DNA from: a virus | IMG/VR virus record: IMGVR_UViG_3300025137_005412 | Coordinates: 88,042-152,041 of that record | Strand: one strand, 5' to 3' | Length of the DNA: 64,000 bases | Shown: one piece after another, positions 1-9,554 of the stretch | Layout of the letters: each line of letters opens with the position of its first letter | Numbering within the stretch: position 1 is the stretch's first letter | Made by a program: the position numbers and the translations under genes | Notes under the pieces: model-generated | Seen by the model: the letters and a program-made list of their open reading frames with translations, nothing else | Database searches by the model: none | Told to the model about the DNA's origin: nothing

Positions 1-1
1 A

Positions 2-274
2 GCTGCAGAAAGAGATGCTGCACTTGAAACCGCTCAGTTAGAACAACAAAATAATGTTTCAGCCTATGATATGGGATCTGGAAGTGAAGCAGCTGAGTTA
101 GCGGATTTTGAAGCTCAAATGGCTGCATTAGGAATTAATAGCGAAGGTACAACAACAACAAATAATGCTGCAGCATTCACACAAAATATTGTCAATACAA
201 ATAATAATACTTCAGTTGCTTTGAAAACGAGACCTGGTTATACTATGGATTTTGGTAGTGCTTATAGCTACTAA
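2..274 (+). CDS. 3' end of a gene starting before the window; probable tape measure / gp29-like protein C-terminus
   Basis: Frame is open from nt 2 to the stop at 272-274. Ala/Asn/Thr-rich C-terminus (NIVNTNNNTSVA) resembles T4-like tape measure ends. Lies next to gp4/gp48. Confidence 0.45.
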   Translation, partial: AAERDAALETAQLEQQNNVSAYDMGSGSEAAELADFEAQMAALGINSEGTTTTNNAAAFTQNIVNTNNNTSVALKTRPGYTMDFGSAYSY

Positions 275-813
275 GATCTTCTTTTAGGTTTAGTATATTT
301 TCTTACTATTTTATTTCCAGCAGATTTAGACAATCTTTTTTCAGCAAGTAATAGACTCTTATCTACTTCCCAAGATAATATACCCATTCTTTGTAATTCT
401 ACTTCAGTCCAAATTTCAAATTTCAAACCATTCTTCATACAAGCATTATTGGCGTTCTTCCATTTCTCAGAATTGATTGCCCATCTCGCAGTCTCTTCAA
501 TCCATCTTTTAGACTTTCTTGTTGGAGATTCTGGTGGTACAGTTTCTTTCTTTGGCTTTACTTCTATTACTTTTGTAGTACCATCTCTGAATTTTATATA
601 GAAATCTGGATAATATCTGGCTCTCTTACCAGTCACGGGGTGTTGATATGGTATAGCAATCTCTTCACTTGCCCATTCCATTACATCAATGTTCTCATCA
701 CACCACTTCATGACGTTTCTTTCCCATAAAGATCTGTATAAAATCTTCTTAGGATCACCTGCATATTTTTGTGGATTATCTAGTGATGTAAATTTTCCTC
801 TGTATGTTGCCAT
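271..813 (-). CDS. gp4: Head completion protein (T4 gp4-like, TnsA-type nuclease fold)
   Basis: Motifs YRSLWE, WASEEIAIPY, RYYPDF, IEVKP and KW match gp4. Divergent from gp48/gp53. Confidence 0.9.
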   Translation of the reverse strand: MATYRGKFTSLDNPQKYAGDPKKILYRSLWERNVMKWCDENIDVMEWASEEIAIPYQHPVTGKRARYYPDFYIKFRDGTTKVIEVKPKKETVPPESPTRKSKRWIEETARWAINSEKWKNANNACMKNGLKFEIWTEVELQRMGILSWEVDKSLLLAEKRLSKSAGNKIVRKYTKPKRRS

Positions 814-851
814 AATAAATATCTATATTAGTAATTAATAGGATATTTATT
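814..851. promoter_or_regulatory. Face-to-face late-promoter motifs for gp48 (+, 814-821) and gp4 (-, 844-851)
   Basis: AATAAATA on each strand; the T4 late consensus is TATAAATA. Confidence 0.5.
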
Positions 852-856
852 TAAAA

Positions 857-1972
857 ATGCCAGAGAATTTTGTAAGCTTAAGATACCCAGAGAATCTCGG
901 TACATCATCATCACCTAACTACGTGACATTTTCACCAGTAGAAATTGATTATGGTACAGGAACAAATTATGGAAACCCAGTAGATCGTGGAAGTGGTGGT
1001 TTATTCGGTGGTGGATCAGGTGGAGGTCTTGACATAAATCTTGGTGGTGGTAATCCATTTAAACAAATTGCAAATCAAATTGGTGGTACATTAACAAGCC
1101 TAGCTGATGCAGCCTTAGATTCAATTGATGCTATTGGTAGTATTTTTGAAGCAGGTTCTTTATCAGCTAAAGCAAGTGCATTTGGTAAAATTGTAAATGG
1201 TAAAATTCGTATTGGAGATTTTATACTTTCATCTGGAATTAAAACAACTGCTCCACAATTAAACACTAAAGGTTCTATATCATTATATTTACCACAGTCA
1301 CTCACATCAAATACTTCAGCTAACTATGAGAATAAAGAATTAGGTGCAACAGGTGCAGCTGCACTCGAAGCAACCTCAGGAACTGATACACTTAACGCAT
1401 CAGAAGATGCACCAAAGTTGTTGGAGGCATTGTTAGGAGATACTATAAAAAGAACTGGTCAACTTGGAGATATATTAGCTATTAAAGAAGGTGCTATTGT
1501 AAATCCATATTCATACCAATTATTTGGTGGTGTGTCACATAGAACATTTTCATATCAATTTGATTTTGTACCAAAGAATGCCAAAGAAGCAAGAGAAGTA
1601 GCGAATATATGTGATATGTTTTTATTCTATATGCTTCCATCTAAAGGTATAGGCGATGCTGAAACTAAATTTTTTAGTCAAAATGAACTTAAAGATGGTG
1701 AAGCAGCAACTAAAGATAATATGGGAAGTGAGATAAAAGGAGATTTTGGTAGACATTTCCTAAAGATGCCATCAATGTGGGAAATCAATTACTTTAGAAA
1801 TGGTAATGAATTATCTCATGTACAAAAACCAAATAAATGTTTTATGGATACATGTAATATTACTTATGGTGGAGATTCTGGTAATCTTTTACATTCTGAT
1901 GGTTCACCAGTAAAAACTACAATTGAAATGTCATTCACAGAAGTTGAACCATTGGTAAGAGGTCGTCAGTAA
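857..1972 (+). CDS. gp48: Baseplate tail-tube cap (gp48-like)
   Basis: LRYP N-terminus, ISLYLP, NPY..QLF.GV..RTFSYQFDFVPKN..EA, C-terminal MSFTEVEPL. Confidence 0.85.
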   Translation: MPENFVSLRYPENLGTSSSPNYVTFSPVEIDYGTGTNYGNPVDRGSGGLFGGGSGGGLDINLGGGNPFKQIANQIGGTLTSLADAALDSIDAIGSIFEAGSLSAKASAFGKIVNGKIRIGDFILSSGIKTTAPQLNTKGSISLYLPQSLTSNTSANYENKELGATGAAALEATSGTDTLNASEDAPKLLEALLGDTIKRTGQLGDILAIKEGAIVNPYSYQLFGGVSHRTFSYQFDFVPKNAKEAREVANICDMFLFYMLPSKGIGDAETKFFSQNELKDGEAATKDNMGSEIKGDFGRHFLKMPSMWEINYFRNGNELSHVQKPNKCFMDTCNITYGGDSGNLLHSDGSPVKTTIEMSFTEVEPLVRGRQ

Positions 1973-2628
1973 TGTCTTATTTTAAAAACTTCCAAAGAAT
2001 AGTATACGAATTTCCTGATGATGTTAAGAGAGTAATTACAGACTTATCAATAAGACCAAAATTTAGAGATAATATTCTAGAGAATGTAAACAATTTTGAA
2101 TTTTATAATGTAAGAGATGGTGATACACCAGAGATCATTGCTTATGAACAATATGGTGATGTTGAATTACATTGGGCTATATTAATTGCAAATAATGTTA
2201 TGAGTATCTATAATGATTGGGTAAAAGATCAGAACCAATTTCAAGAGTTTCTTTTTCAAAAATATAAAACACAAAGTGATAGTGATGGAGTTGCAGTGAC
2301 TTTATCTAAGGTTGGAGTCACAGAGTACATACAATTTGTAGGTACTTCTTCAAATGACTTTTCAAGTTATGTCACAGGCACTAGTGTTAAAACAAGACCA
2401 CATCATTTTGAAGATACAAATAAAGTAGTTTACTCTTATGATAGTATTGTAAATAATGGTTCACTTAAAGATGCATTTGGAAATGGAATATCATATCCAA
2501 CAGTATCTCCAGTATCAATTGAAACTGTAGAAGATAGATTAAATGAAGAGAAAAGACAAATCATTATTCCATCAAGAGCAGTAATCGATAAATTGCGTAA
2601 AGAAATCAAAGAGTATATAAATGGCTAA
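1972..2628 (+). CDS. gp53: Baseplate wedge subunit (gp53-like, LysM-type)
   Basis: MSYFKNF, YNVRDGDTPEIIAYEQYGD..LHWAILIAN, NEEKRQI. TAATG overlap with gp48. Confidence 0.9.
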   Translation: MSYFKNFQRIVYEFPDDVKRVITDLSIRPKFRDNILENVNNFEFYNVRDGDTPEIIAYEQYGDVELHWAILIANNVMSIYNDWVKDQNQFQEFLFQKYKTQSDSDGVAVTLSKVGVTEYIQFVGTSSNDFSSYVTGTSVKTRPHHFEDTNKVVYSYDSIVNNGSLKDAFGNGISYPTVSPVSIETVEDRLNEEKRQIIIPSRAVIDKLRKEIKEYING

Positions 2629-3817
2629 CACAGGTAATTTCCCTGGAAAATGGGAACTAAAGAAATGCGAAGTAGCAAGAAGTGGATCTGGTCTAGAGAT
2701 CACATCGCTCGTTTCTGAATTCAATGTATATGCATCTATTATAGATCCAACAATTGTTGGTGAATTACTTATTATAGATGGACAAAATTTACTTTCAGGA
2801 ATGCCAGTTCAAGGAGGTGATATTATAAAACTAACTGTTGAAATAACTGGTGAAATAAGAGAATACAAATTACAGATTGCGCAAATAAAAAATATAAGTG
2901 ATCTTGAAACTCAAAGAATGTATGTATTTCAATGTGTTTCTATATTCTTCTTTGAAAGCTTTCATCAAAAGTTCTCTCAATCATTTAAAGGACCACTATC
3001 TGAAACAGCTTTAACTATATTTAAAAAATACACTGATGAAAAGTATGGAATATGGGAAGGTTCTAAGGGATCTGAAACAGTTATTATTCCTAATTGGAAT
3101 CCTATTAAAGCATTAACTTGGTTGGCTGCAAGATCTGAATCATTAGAACAAGCTGTAAGATTTAGATTCTTTCAAGATACTAAGGGTAAATTTAATTTTA
3201 TGCCAATCGAAAAGGCACTTACTAATTATAAAGATAATCCACCATTTGAATTTGTATATCGTGGAAATAAATCTGGTATTGGTTCAGCAACACAAACAGA
3301 TGAAGATTTTCATGCTATCAAAAATTTAAACTTCAATCCATCATCTTATGATTTAGGAAAAGCTTTGAGAGAAGGTTATTTAAAAGCAAGATCTTATGGC
3401 ATTAATATTACTAATAAGACACAAACAATAATTGACTATGATTACTTTGCAGAATTTGATTCAAAAGATTATCTGAATGATTTTCCAAGTTATTATAAAA
3501 AAGATTTTAATGTTGGTAAAATTAAGATGGATTTAATTACATCTTCTGGTAAGCAAAAAAGTATTTCAGATTTAAGAAGAACTACTGTGACCGATTATAA
3601 TCAGATGGTACAAATTACAATATTTGGTAATTCAGAAATTGATATTGGTCAAGTTGTAGATCTTGATATTCCAAATCCAGATCCAGCCAACAAGTCAGAT
3701 CAGGATAAATTATGGTCTGGTAAATATTATGTAATAGGAAAAAGAGATCTATATACTGGTGATAATTGTAATATGGTTCTTGATTGTGCAAAAGAAAGTA
3801 TGGGTATGCAGTTATGA
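2621..3817 (+). CDS. Baseplate hub protein (gp27-like)
   Basis: Lies between gp53 and gp5. IIPNWNP..A..WLA, FFQD..G..F and C-terminal GN..I..G..V.L.IP...SGKYYV are hub-like motifs. Confidence 0.7.
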   Translation: MANTGNFPGKWELKKCEVARSGSGLEITSLVSEFNVYASIIDPTIVGELLIIDGQNLLSGMPVQGGDIIKLTVEITGEIREYKLQIAQIKNISDLETQRMYVFQCVSIFFFESFHQKFSQSFKGPLSETALTIFKKYTDEKYGIWEGSKGSETVIIPNWNPIKALTWLAARSESLEQAVRFRFFQDTKGKFNFMPIEKALTNYKDNPPFEFVYRGNKSGIGSATQTDEDFHAIKNLNFNPSSYDLGKALREGYLKARSYGINITNKTQTIIDYDYFAEFDSKDYLNDFPSYYKKDFNVGKIKMDLITSSGKQKSISDLRRTTVTDYNQMVQITIFGNSEIDIGQVVDLDIPNPDPANKSDQDKLWSGKYYVIGKRDLYTGDNCNMVLDCAKESMGMQL

Positions 3818-5121
3818 TGTTAGATGGAAGAATGTATTGGTTTTCTGGTGTTGTTGAGGATAGAAATGATCCAGAAAGAATGGGTAGAGTTAAAGTAAGA
3901 ATTCACGGTGTTCATACTGATAATAAAGATTTAATACCTACAGAAGATTTACCTTGGTCACAAGTAATGATGCCTATAACATCTGCATCACTCGCGGGTG
4001 TAGGTACGTCTGCGACTGGAATTGTACCAGGTTCATGGGTAGTAGGTTATTTTATTGATGGAGCTGATATGCAAGAGAGTATTATTATGGGTACTCTACC
4101 ATCAAAACCATATATAAAAAATCCTGAGATTGGATTCTTTGATCCTAAAGGACAACATCCAACAAGATCAGATGGTGTAGATACACCTGACTCAGCTTTA
4201 ACAAGTAAGTTTAGTGAGCATCCATCATATGTCGAGAAGGTAGATAAAAGACAAACAAAAGTAGAGACTGCTACTCCACCATGGCTTCGAACCGTAACTA
4301 TAGATGAAGAAGATGATCCTAAGTTTACAAGACCTACATGGGATATGCCAGAAATACAAAGAGGTTTTGAACCATCTTATCCATTTAATAAAGTCACTGA
4401 AACAGAAAGAGGTCATGTATTTGAAGTAGATGATACTCAAGGAAATGAAAGAATTTCAATGTATCATAGAGGTGGTACTAACTTTGAAATTCAGGATAAT
4501 AGTGATATGACTTCAACTATTGTTGGTGATAATTATACAGTAGTGTTTGGTAATGATAAGATATATGTAAAAGGTAATGTAGATATTACAATCGATGGAG
4601 ATGTAAGAGAACTCATTAAAGGTAATTACCATTTAGAAGTTGAGAAAGATTATACTGTAAATGTAAAAGGATCACGTGAAACAGCAATTGGTGGTAATGA
4701 ATTATTAGAAGTTGGTCGAGCTTATTCATCAAATATAAATCTCGATTATACAACAAGAATTGGTGGTCATGAAATAAGAGTTGTAGATAAATCAAGAAAT
4801 ACAACTATTGGTGATTCAGAAGATTTAACAGTCACAACTAATATGAATGAGATTGTTTCTGGTAAGAGAGATATGTTTACAAAGGATGAACATACACAAG
4901 TGATTACAGACAAATTAAATATATCAGCACTAGGTGATATTACTGTAGGTACTAAAGCGAATCATGTAGAAACTATTAAGGGTACTAGAACAGAAGTTAT
5001 TGATGGTGCTGTAGGTGAAACCTATAAAGATGGACAAACAACAAATGTCACTGGCACAATAGATATAGATGCTACTGAAGATGTTGATATGGATACTGGA
5101 GGCAATATACTGTTAAACTAA
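3814..5121 (+). CDS. gp5: Baseplate hub / central spike (gp5-like, no lysozyme domain)
   Basis: OB-fold WFSGVVEDRNDPERMGRVKVR..DLPW, YPFNKVTETERGHVFEVDDT and C-terminal beta-helix repeats. Start moved to ATG 3814 (ATGA overlap with the upstream stop). Confidence 0.92.
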   Translation: MMLDGRMYWFSGVVEDRNDPERMGRVKVRIHGVHTDNKDLIPTEDLPWSQVMMPITSASLAGVGTSATGIVPGSWVVGYFIDGADMQESIIMGTLPSKPYIKNPEIGFFDPKGQHPTRSDGVDTPDSALTSKFSEHPSYVEKVDKRQTKVETATPPWLRTVTIDEEDDPKFTRPTWDMPEIQRGFEPSYPFNKVTETERGHVFEVDDTQGNERISMYHRGGTNFEIQDNSDMTSTIVGDNYTVVFGNDKIYVKGNVDITIDGDVRELIKGNYHLEVEKDYTVNVKGSRETAIGGNELLEVGRAYSSNINLDYTTRIGGHEIRVVDKSRNTTIGDSEDLTVTTNMNEIVSGKRDMFTKDEHTQVITDKLNISALGDITVGTKANHVETIKGTRTEVIDGAVGETYKDGQTTNVTGTIDIDATEDVDMDTGGNILLN

Positions 5122-5555
5122 TGAATGAACTTTTAAACTCAGAAATACTAAACATTTGGAATTTGCTCGGACCATGGGCTGCTATCATAGGTTCTATAAT
5201 AGTTGGTATGTGGATAAAGGATTGGTCTACAGGATTTGCAAAAGGTGCTAGATTCAGAATGAGTAAATCATTTAATGAAGGTGATAAGGTATTATTAGAA
5301 GGAAAGCCTGCACTTATTATAAAGATTGGATTTACTGAAACAGTATTTGGAATCTATAATGAAGATGGTTATACATGGAGATATGTGCAGAATGAAAGAA
5401 TACCATTTCTTAAATTAGAAAAAATTGTAGATAAAGATCTACATCAAGATACAGATGCAGAAAAAGCACAGAAGATAATTGACACAATACAAAATGTAGA
5501 GATCGCTAAGAATGCGAAAGAGATTGAGGCTATGAAGAATGGCAAAAAAAAATAA
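5121..5555 (+). CDS. Membrane protein with an MscS-like TM plus beta-domain segment
   Basis: One hydrophobic helix followed by FNEGDKVLLEG...IIKIG..TVF. Confidence 0.5.
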   Translation: MNELLNSEILNIWNLLGPWAAIIGSIIVGMWIKDWSTGFAKGARFRMSKSFNEGDKVLLEGKPALIIKIGFTETVFGIYNEDGYTWRYVQNERIPFLKLEKIVDKDLHQDTDAEKAQKIIDTIQNVEIAKNAKEIEAMKNGKKK

Positions 5556-6096
5556 ATTCCTCTCAAAATTAACAATGGCTTATATTAATATGCCTGAACC
5601 ACATGCGGTTTCTAAAGAAGCTGTTGAATATGTTGTATCAGAAATAGAAACAAGAAATAAGTTTTGGGATGCTTCAGTCGCTGCACATGATGAAGATCCT
5701 TCATTTGCTGTAAGAGAATATTGTAAAGAGAATGGTTTGGATTTTCCTAAAGAAGTTTATACCCTAGAAGATGAAGCAGTAGAAACTATTAAGTTCTTTA
5801 AAAGAAAGTTTGCACAAGATAGACCTTATGAAGCAGCAAGAAAATTAGGTATGCCAGAACTAGATAGATTACCTAGCAAAACAAATAAAACAAGATCATA
5901 TCCAAGTGGTCATTCAACACAGGGTTATCTGGCTGGATTATATGTAGCTCAAGAAAATCCTGAACATGCTGATAAAATAATGGCTGCAAGTTTAGAATGT
6001 GGAATTGGTAGAATAAAAGCTGGATTCCATTATTTAAATGATCATCATGGTGGTATTCATTTAGCTCAAGAAATATTTAGATTGATACAGAAATGA
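5539..6096 (+). CDS. PAP2 / acid phosphatase (vanadium haloperoxidase superfamily)
   Basis: Three PAP2 motifs: K..F...RP, SYPSGH, R...G.HY..D. Confidence 0.85.
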   Translation: MAKKNKFLSKLTMAYINMPEPHAVSKEAVEYVVSEIETRNKFWDASVAAHDEDPSFAVREYCKENGLDFPKEVYTLEDEAVETIKFFKRKFAQDRPYEAARKLGMPELDRLPSKTNKTRSYPSGHSTQGYLAGLYVAQENPEHADKIMAASLECGIGRIKAGFHYLNDHHGGIHLAQEIFRLIQK

Positions 6097-6698
6097 AAAG
6101 TTTTGCACAAATATTACAAGAAGAAGCTGGTAAAGGTTTAACTGTATTTGATATTGATGATACATTATTTAGAACTTCTGCTAAAGTAAAAGTTAAAAAT
6201 AAAAAAACAGGAGATGTAAAAGAACTTCCACCACATAAGTTTAATAAGTATAAGTTGAAGAAAGATGAAGAGTGGGATTTTGGTGAGTTTAAATCTGCAA
6301 AGATATTTCAGCAGACAGCTATGCCAATTGGTAGAATGGTAAAGAAAGCAAAAGCTATAATTAGAAATGCTACAAGAAGAGGTTCTAAAGTAATTATAAT
6401 TACAGCTCGATCTGATATGGATGATAGAGACTTATTTTTAGATACTTTCCGCGCGCACGGAATTGATATTGATAAGGTACATGTTGAGAGAGCTGGAAAT
6501 CTTGGTGGTAGTGCAGCTGCAGCTAAGAAAAAAATATTTCAAAAGTATCTGAGTTCAGGTGACTTTGAGAGAGTGCGATTTTTTGATGATGATAAAACTA
6601 ACTTGAAGAGCTTTTTGTCTCTTAAGAAAGAATATTCTGAAGTTGACTTTTCTGCCTTTCAAGTACAAAATAACGGCACAGTTAGGAGTGTTAAATAA
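6093..6698 (+). CDS. HAD-superfamily hydrolase/phosphatase
   Basis: Motif I FDIDDTL, motif II ITAR, Lys motif III, motif IV FFDDD..N. Confidence 0.85.
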   Translation: MKSFAQILQEEAGKGLTVFDIDDTLFRTSAKVKVKNKKTGDVKELPPHKFNKYKLKKDEEWDFGEFKSAKIFQQTAMPIGRMVKKAKAIIRNATRRGSKVIIITARSDMDDRDLFLDTFRAHGIDIDKVHVERAGNLGGSAAAAKKKIFQKYLSSGDFERVRFFDDDKTNLKSFLSLKKEYSEVDFSAFQVQNNGTVRSVK

Positions 6699-7099
6699 TG
6701 TACGAATATAGATGTAAAATATTAAGAGTAATTGATGGCGATACTGCGGATGTAGATATTGATTTAGGTTTTGGAGTGTGGATGCACAAAGAAAGAGTAA
6801 GATTCCATGGAATTGATACACCTGAATCTAGAACAAGAGACTTAGTAGAAAAGAAATATGGTCTTGCTGCGAAAGCTTTTGTTCAAAAGTATTTACCTAA
6901 AGGATCAGCACAAACTCTTGTGACTCAAAAAGATGGTACTGGTAAATTCGGTAGAATCTTAGGTAAATTTAAACTAGATGATGGGACTATGCTTGGAGAA
7001 CTTATGATTCAAGAAGGTCATGCTGTAGAGTATCATGGACAATCAAAAGAAGAGATTGCTGAGGCTCATATAAAAAATAGGGAGATAGTAAAGATATGA
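6698..7099 (+). CDS. Thermonuclease (SNase-like)
   Basis: RVIDGDT, RVRF.GIDTPES, GKFGRILG. Confidence 0.9.
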   Translation: MYEYRCKILRVIDGDTADVDIDLGFGVWMHKERVRFHGIDTPESRTRDLVEKKYGLAAKAFVQKYLPKGSAQTLVTQKDGTGKFGRILGKFKLDDGTMLGELMIQEGHAVEYHGQSKEEIAEAHIKNREIVKI

Positions 7100-7167
7100 C
7101 ATTTCTAATTATGATAGGTGTGACTATTATCATGTTATGGGTTATTAGTTCAGCAGCAGGTCTATAA
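7096..7167 (+). CDS. 23-aa single-TM miniprotein MTFLIMIGVTIIMLWVISSAAGL (not in ORF track)
   Basis: Translated by hand. ATGA overlap with the nuclease stop and TAATG overlap with the PAAR start; fills the gap exactly. Confidence 0.65.
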   Translation: MTFLIMIGVTIIMLWVISSAAGL

Positions 7168-7463
7168 TGCCAGGCGTAACTCGATTAGGTGATAAACATT
7201 CTGGACATGCAAGTCCAACACCAAATCCATTTCATCAAACCGCCTATGTTGGTGGTTCAGGTAATGTATTTGCTAATGCGAAAAATGTAATGAGAGCAAA
7301 TCAAGATTCTACATCATGTGGAGATCCGGCTGTGGCTGGTTCTAGTAAGGTATTTGTAAATACAAAACCAGTGCATAGAATTGGAGATGCAACTGGTGGT
7401 CATGGTAGTTGGGTACCAAACTCATCTGCTGAAGGTTCTGGAAACGTAATAGCAGGAGGATAA
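7167..7463 (+). CDS. PAAR spike-tip protein (gp5.4-like)
   Basis: MPGVTRLGD..SGH, GS.NVFAN, PVHRIGD..GGH, GS.NV.AG. Confidence 0.92.
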   Translation: MPGVTRLGDKHSGHASPTPNPFHQTAYVGGSGNVFANAKNVMRANQDSTSCGDPAVAGSSKVFVNTKPVHRIGDATGGHGSWVPNSSAEGSGNVIAGG

Positions 7464-7464
7464 T

Positions 7465-8670
7465 ATGGTTTTAAAATGTGGTACTAATGAAGCTTTAAAA
7501 GGTCTTACAGATAAGACTAAAGAAGTGGCTGATACGTTAAAGAATGCCGTGAACCTTGATGAGTTAGAAGCTTTCAAAGCAAAAGCTGAAGGTATAGCTG
7601 AAGATGTTAAAGGTAAATTAGTTTCTCAAATACCAAAACCTAAAAACTTACAAACTGAACTAGCAGCTTTAGGTAAATTAGGAGATGCAGTAAGTGTAGG
7701 ACTTGCTGTAGCTGCTATTGAAAAAGATTTTGGTAAAGGATTAGCTGCTGGTGTTTTAACTGGTGCATTAAAAAATATTGTTCCACCACTTTTACAAGGA
7801 GCGGCTGGAGTTATACAAGGTGCTGAAGATGCATTATCAGGTGCGTTAGCAGGTGCTGGAAAATCATTTGATGTATGCAAAAATGTTCCTAATCTTGAAA
7901 TAGATGATTCAGGTGAACCTGTAGAAAAAGCAAAAGTAGAAGCTAAAGCAGACGGCCCTGCTGAAACACCACCTAAAGTTGAACCAACAATAGTAGACTC
8001 TACAACAGAAGAATCTGTTGGTACAAGTAAATATACTAACAATGAATATGCTTCTGCTAATGCAGATCTAATTCTTGCACAAATAGATTTAAAAAAGAAA
8101 TTCAAGAATGACACAAAGAAAAGTAATCTTGGTTATAAGAAGACTTTGAATAAATTCAAGGGTTATTTAAAAAAGAATAAAAAGAAATTAGCTAAAGTGA
8201 CTAAAATTAGAGAAGCTGGTAAAAAGCATGCAACAAATGCTGATTTGTTTATTGCAGGTGAATGGCCAGAAGAAGTATGTCCATTTAGTCTATATAAAGA
8301 AGGTTATAAATTACAAGCAAATATGCTTTATGCAACCGCTTTACATGGTGAAATTGGTGATAATAATACCGCAATAGAAGGTGGACTAACTTATAAAGAG
8401 TATCACGGTTTTCATCCATTATTTGCATTCGATGACTGGACTGATAAGACAAAATACCCAAATCATTTTGTATATAAATGGTATCAAAATATTTATGATG
8501 AAAAGAAAAGAGATGAAAAAGGATATGGATTTGAATTAGCTGATAAGGCTATTGGTGATTTTTATTCAGAGCAATTTGATGAATTCTTAGCATTTTATGA
8601 CAGAGATGATATAAAAGGCTATATAGAAATAGTCACAGATTACAAGTATGCAGGTCGAACAAAAGAATAA
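7465..8670 (+). CDS. Hypothetical protein (helical N-terminus, Pro/Glu linker, basic/aromatic C-terminus)
   Basis: 401-aa ORF in the operon; no family recognised. Confidence 0.6.
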   Translation: MVLKCGTNEALKGLTDKTKEVADTLKNAVNLDELEAFKAKAEGIAEDVKGKLVSQIPKPKNLQTELAALGKLGDAVSVGLAVAAIEKDFGKGLAAGVLTGALKNIVPPLLQGAAGVIQGAEDALSGALAGAGKSFDVCKNVPNLEIDDSGEPVEKAKVEAKADGPAETPPKVEPTIVDSTTEESVGTSKYTNNEYASANADLILAQIDLKKKFKNDTKKSNLGYKKTLNKFKGYLKKNKKKLAKVTKIREAGKKHATNADLFIAGEWPEEVCPFSLYKEGYKLQANMLYATALHGEIGDNNTAIEGGLTYKEYHGFHPLFAFDDWTDKTKYPNHFVYKWYQNIYDEKKRDEKGYGFELADKAIGDFYSEQFDEFLAFYDRDDIKGYIEIVTDYKYAGRTKE

Positions 8671-8673
8671 ATA
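8666..8673 (+). promoter_or_regulatory. Putative late promoter for the holin-lysozyme block
   Basis: AATAAATA followed by GAGG SD and ATG 8691. Confidence 0.45.
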
Positions 8674-8690
8674 TATTGAGGTAAATTATT

Positions 8691-8876
8691 ATGTTTAATA
8701 TGATAAAGAAATGGTTCACAGCAGAACCGGTTTTAGTATTGAAAGTTCAACCATTAAGTGAGTTGAAAAAGATGTCTAAAAAAGAGCTAGAAGATTATGG
8801 TCGTACATTTGGTTATGAAGTCGATAGGCGTTTAACTAAAGATAAAATCATAAAAGAAGTTAAAAAACTTAAATAA
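8691..8876 (+). CDS. Small hypothetical protein, possible helix-extended-helix (Rho-N/SAP-like) domain
   Basis: GAGG SD upstream; L..MSK.EL....R..G...DRRLTK..II pattern. Confidence 0.55.
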   Translation: MFNMIKKWFTAEPVLVLKVQPLSELKKMSKKELEDYGRTFGYEVDRRLTKDKIIKEVKKLK

Positions 8877-8887
8877 GGAGTAATATT

Positions 8888-9337
8888 ATGTTGACACTTT
8901 TGTCTACACTAATGGGATTCGGAACTTCATTTGTTCCTAAGATCTTGGATTTCATGCAGGATCGTAAGGATAAATCACACGAACTTTCTGTGATGGCTAT
9001 GCAATTAGAAAGAGAAGAGAAACTCGCAAGTTATAAAGCTGATGCAATGATGCAAGCAGCTGAAGTACAAAGAGATTCTCAATTGCTAGTTCATGATACT
9101 GAAGTTGGTAAAGGTGCTTCACAATGGATTACGAATTTAAGATCTTCAGTAAGACCAGTAATTACATATTTGTTTTTTGCAATTTTCTTCTTCGTTGAAG
9201 GAGTTGCAGCTTATGTAGTATTGACTCAAGGTGGAGATATCCAAACTATTACAAATGCATTATGGTCAGAAGAGACACGTTCTATTTTTGCCGCTATCGT
9301 AGCATTTTGGTTTGGTTCCAGAGCAATTAAAAAATAA
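8888..9337 (+). CDS. Holin (3TM, GTA-holin-like)
   Basis: VRPVITY, hydrophobic helices, C-terminal FWFGSR. AAGGAG SD. Upstream of the lysozyme. Confidence 0.75.
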   Translation: MLTLLSTLMGFGTSFVPKILDFMQDRKDKSHELSVMAMQLEREEKLASYKADAMMQAAEVQRDSQLLVHDTEVGKGASQWITNLRSSVRPVITYLFFAIFFFVEGVAAYVVLTQGGDIQTITNALWSEETRSIFAAIVAFWFGSRAIKK

Positions 9338-9347
9338 GGAGTAAATT

Positions 9348-9554
9348 ATGAAAGATGCGAAAGCAGCAGAACTAAACATTCGCGATATTGCCGATTGTAT
9401 AAAGATTATAGATATATGCGCAAAACGAGGAGCATTCGATGGCATGGAAATGGAATCTGTGGGCAAAGTCAGAAACAGACTTGAAGTCTTCACCGAAGCA
9501 TACACACAAGCAAACCCAGAAAAAACAGATGAGCAACCCGACGAAGGTAAGTAA
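9348..9554 (+). CDS. Small hypothetical protein
   Basis: AAGGAG SD; L.I.DI....KIID.C.KRGAF.G.E pattern. Confidence 0.65.
   Translation: MKDAKAAELNIRDIADCIKIIDICAKRGAFDGMEMESVGKVRNRLEVFTEAYTQANPEKTDEQPDEGK

Noticed and set aside
271-813. TnsA-like transposase / mobile element
   Set aside because: Motifs and synteny match head completion protein gp4; no other transposon genes or ends seen.
4500-5121. Periodic V/I-x-G repeats in the gp5 C-terminus as a novel repeat
   Set aside because: This is the expected triple beta-helix of gp5.
7626-8114. 162-aa minus-strand ORF and similar short antisense or out-of-frame ORFs (e.g. 1075, 18315, 29444, 57793, 61313)
   Set aside because: Nested in or opposite well-supported genes, with composition typical of shadow frames.
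9439-9528. N-terminal extension of the lysozyme given in the ORF track
   Set aside because: Overlaps the upstream 68-aa gene; the lysozyme domain starts after ATG 9529 and no signal or SAR features are present.
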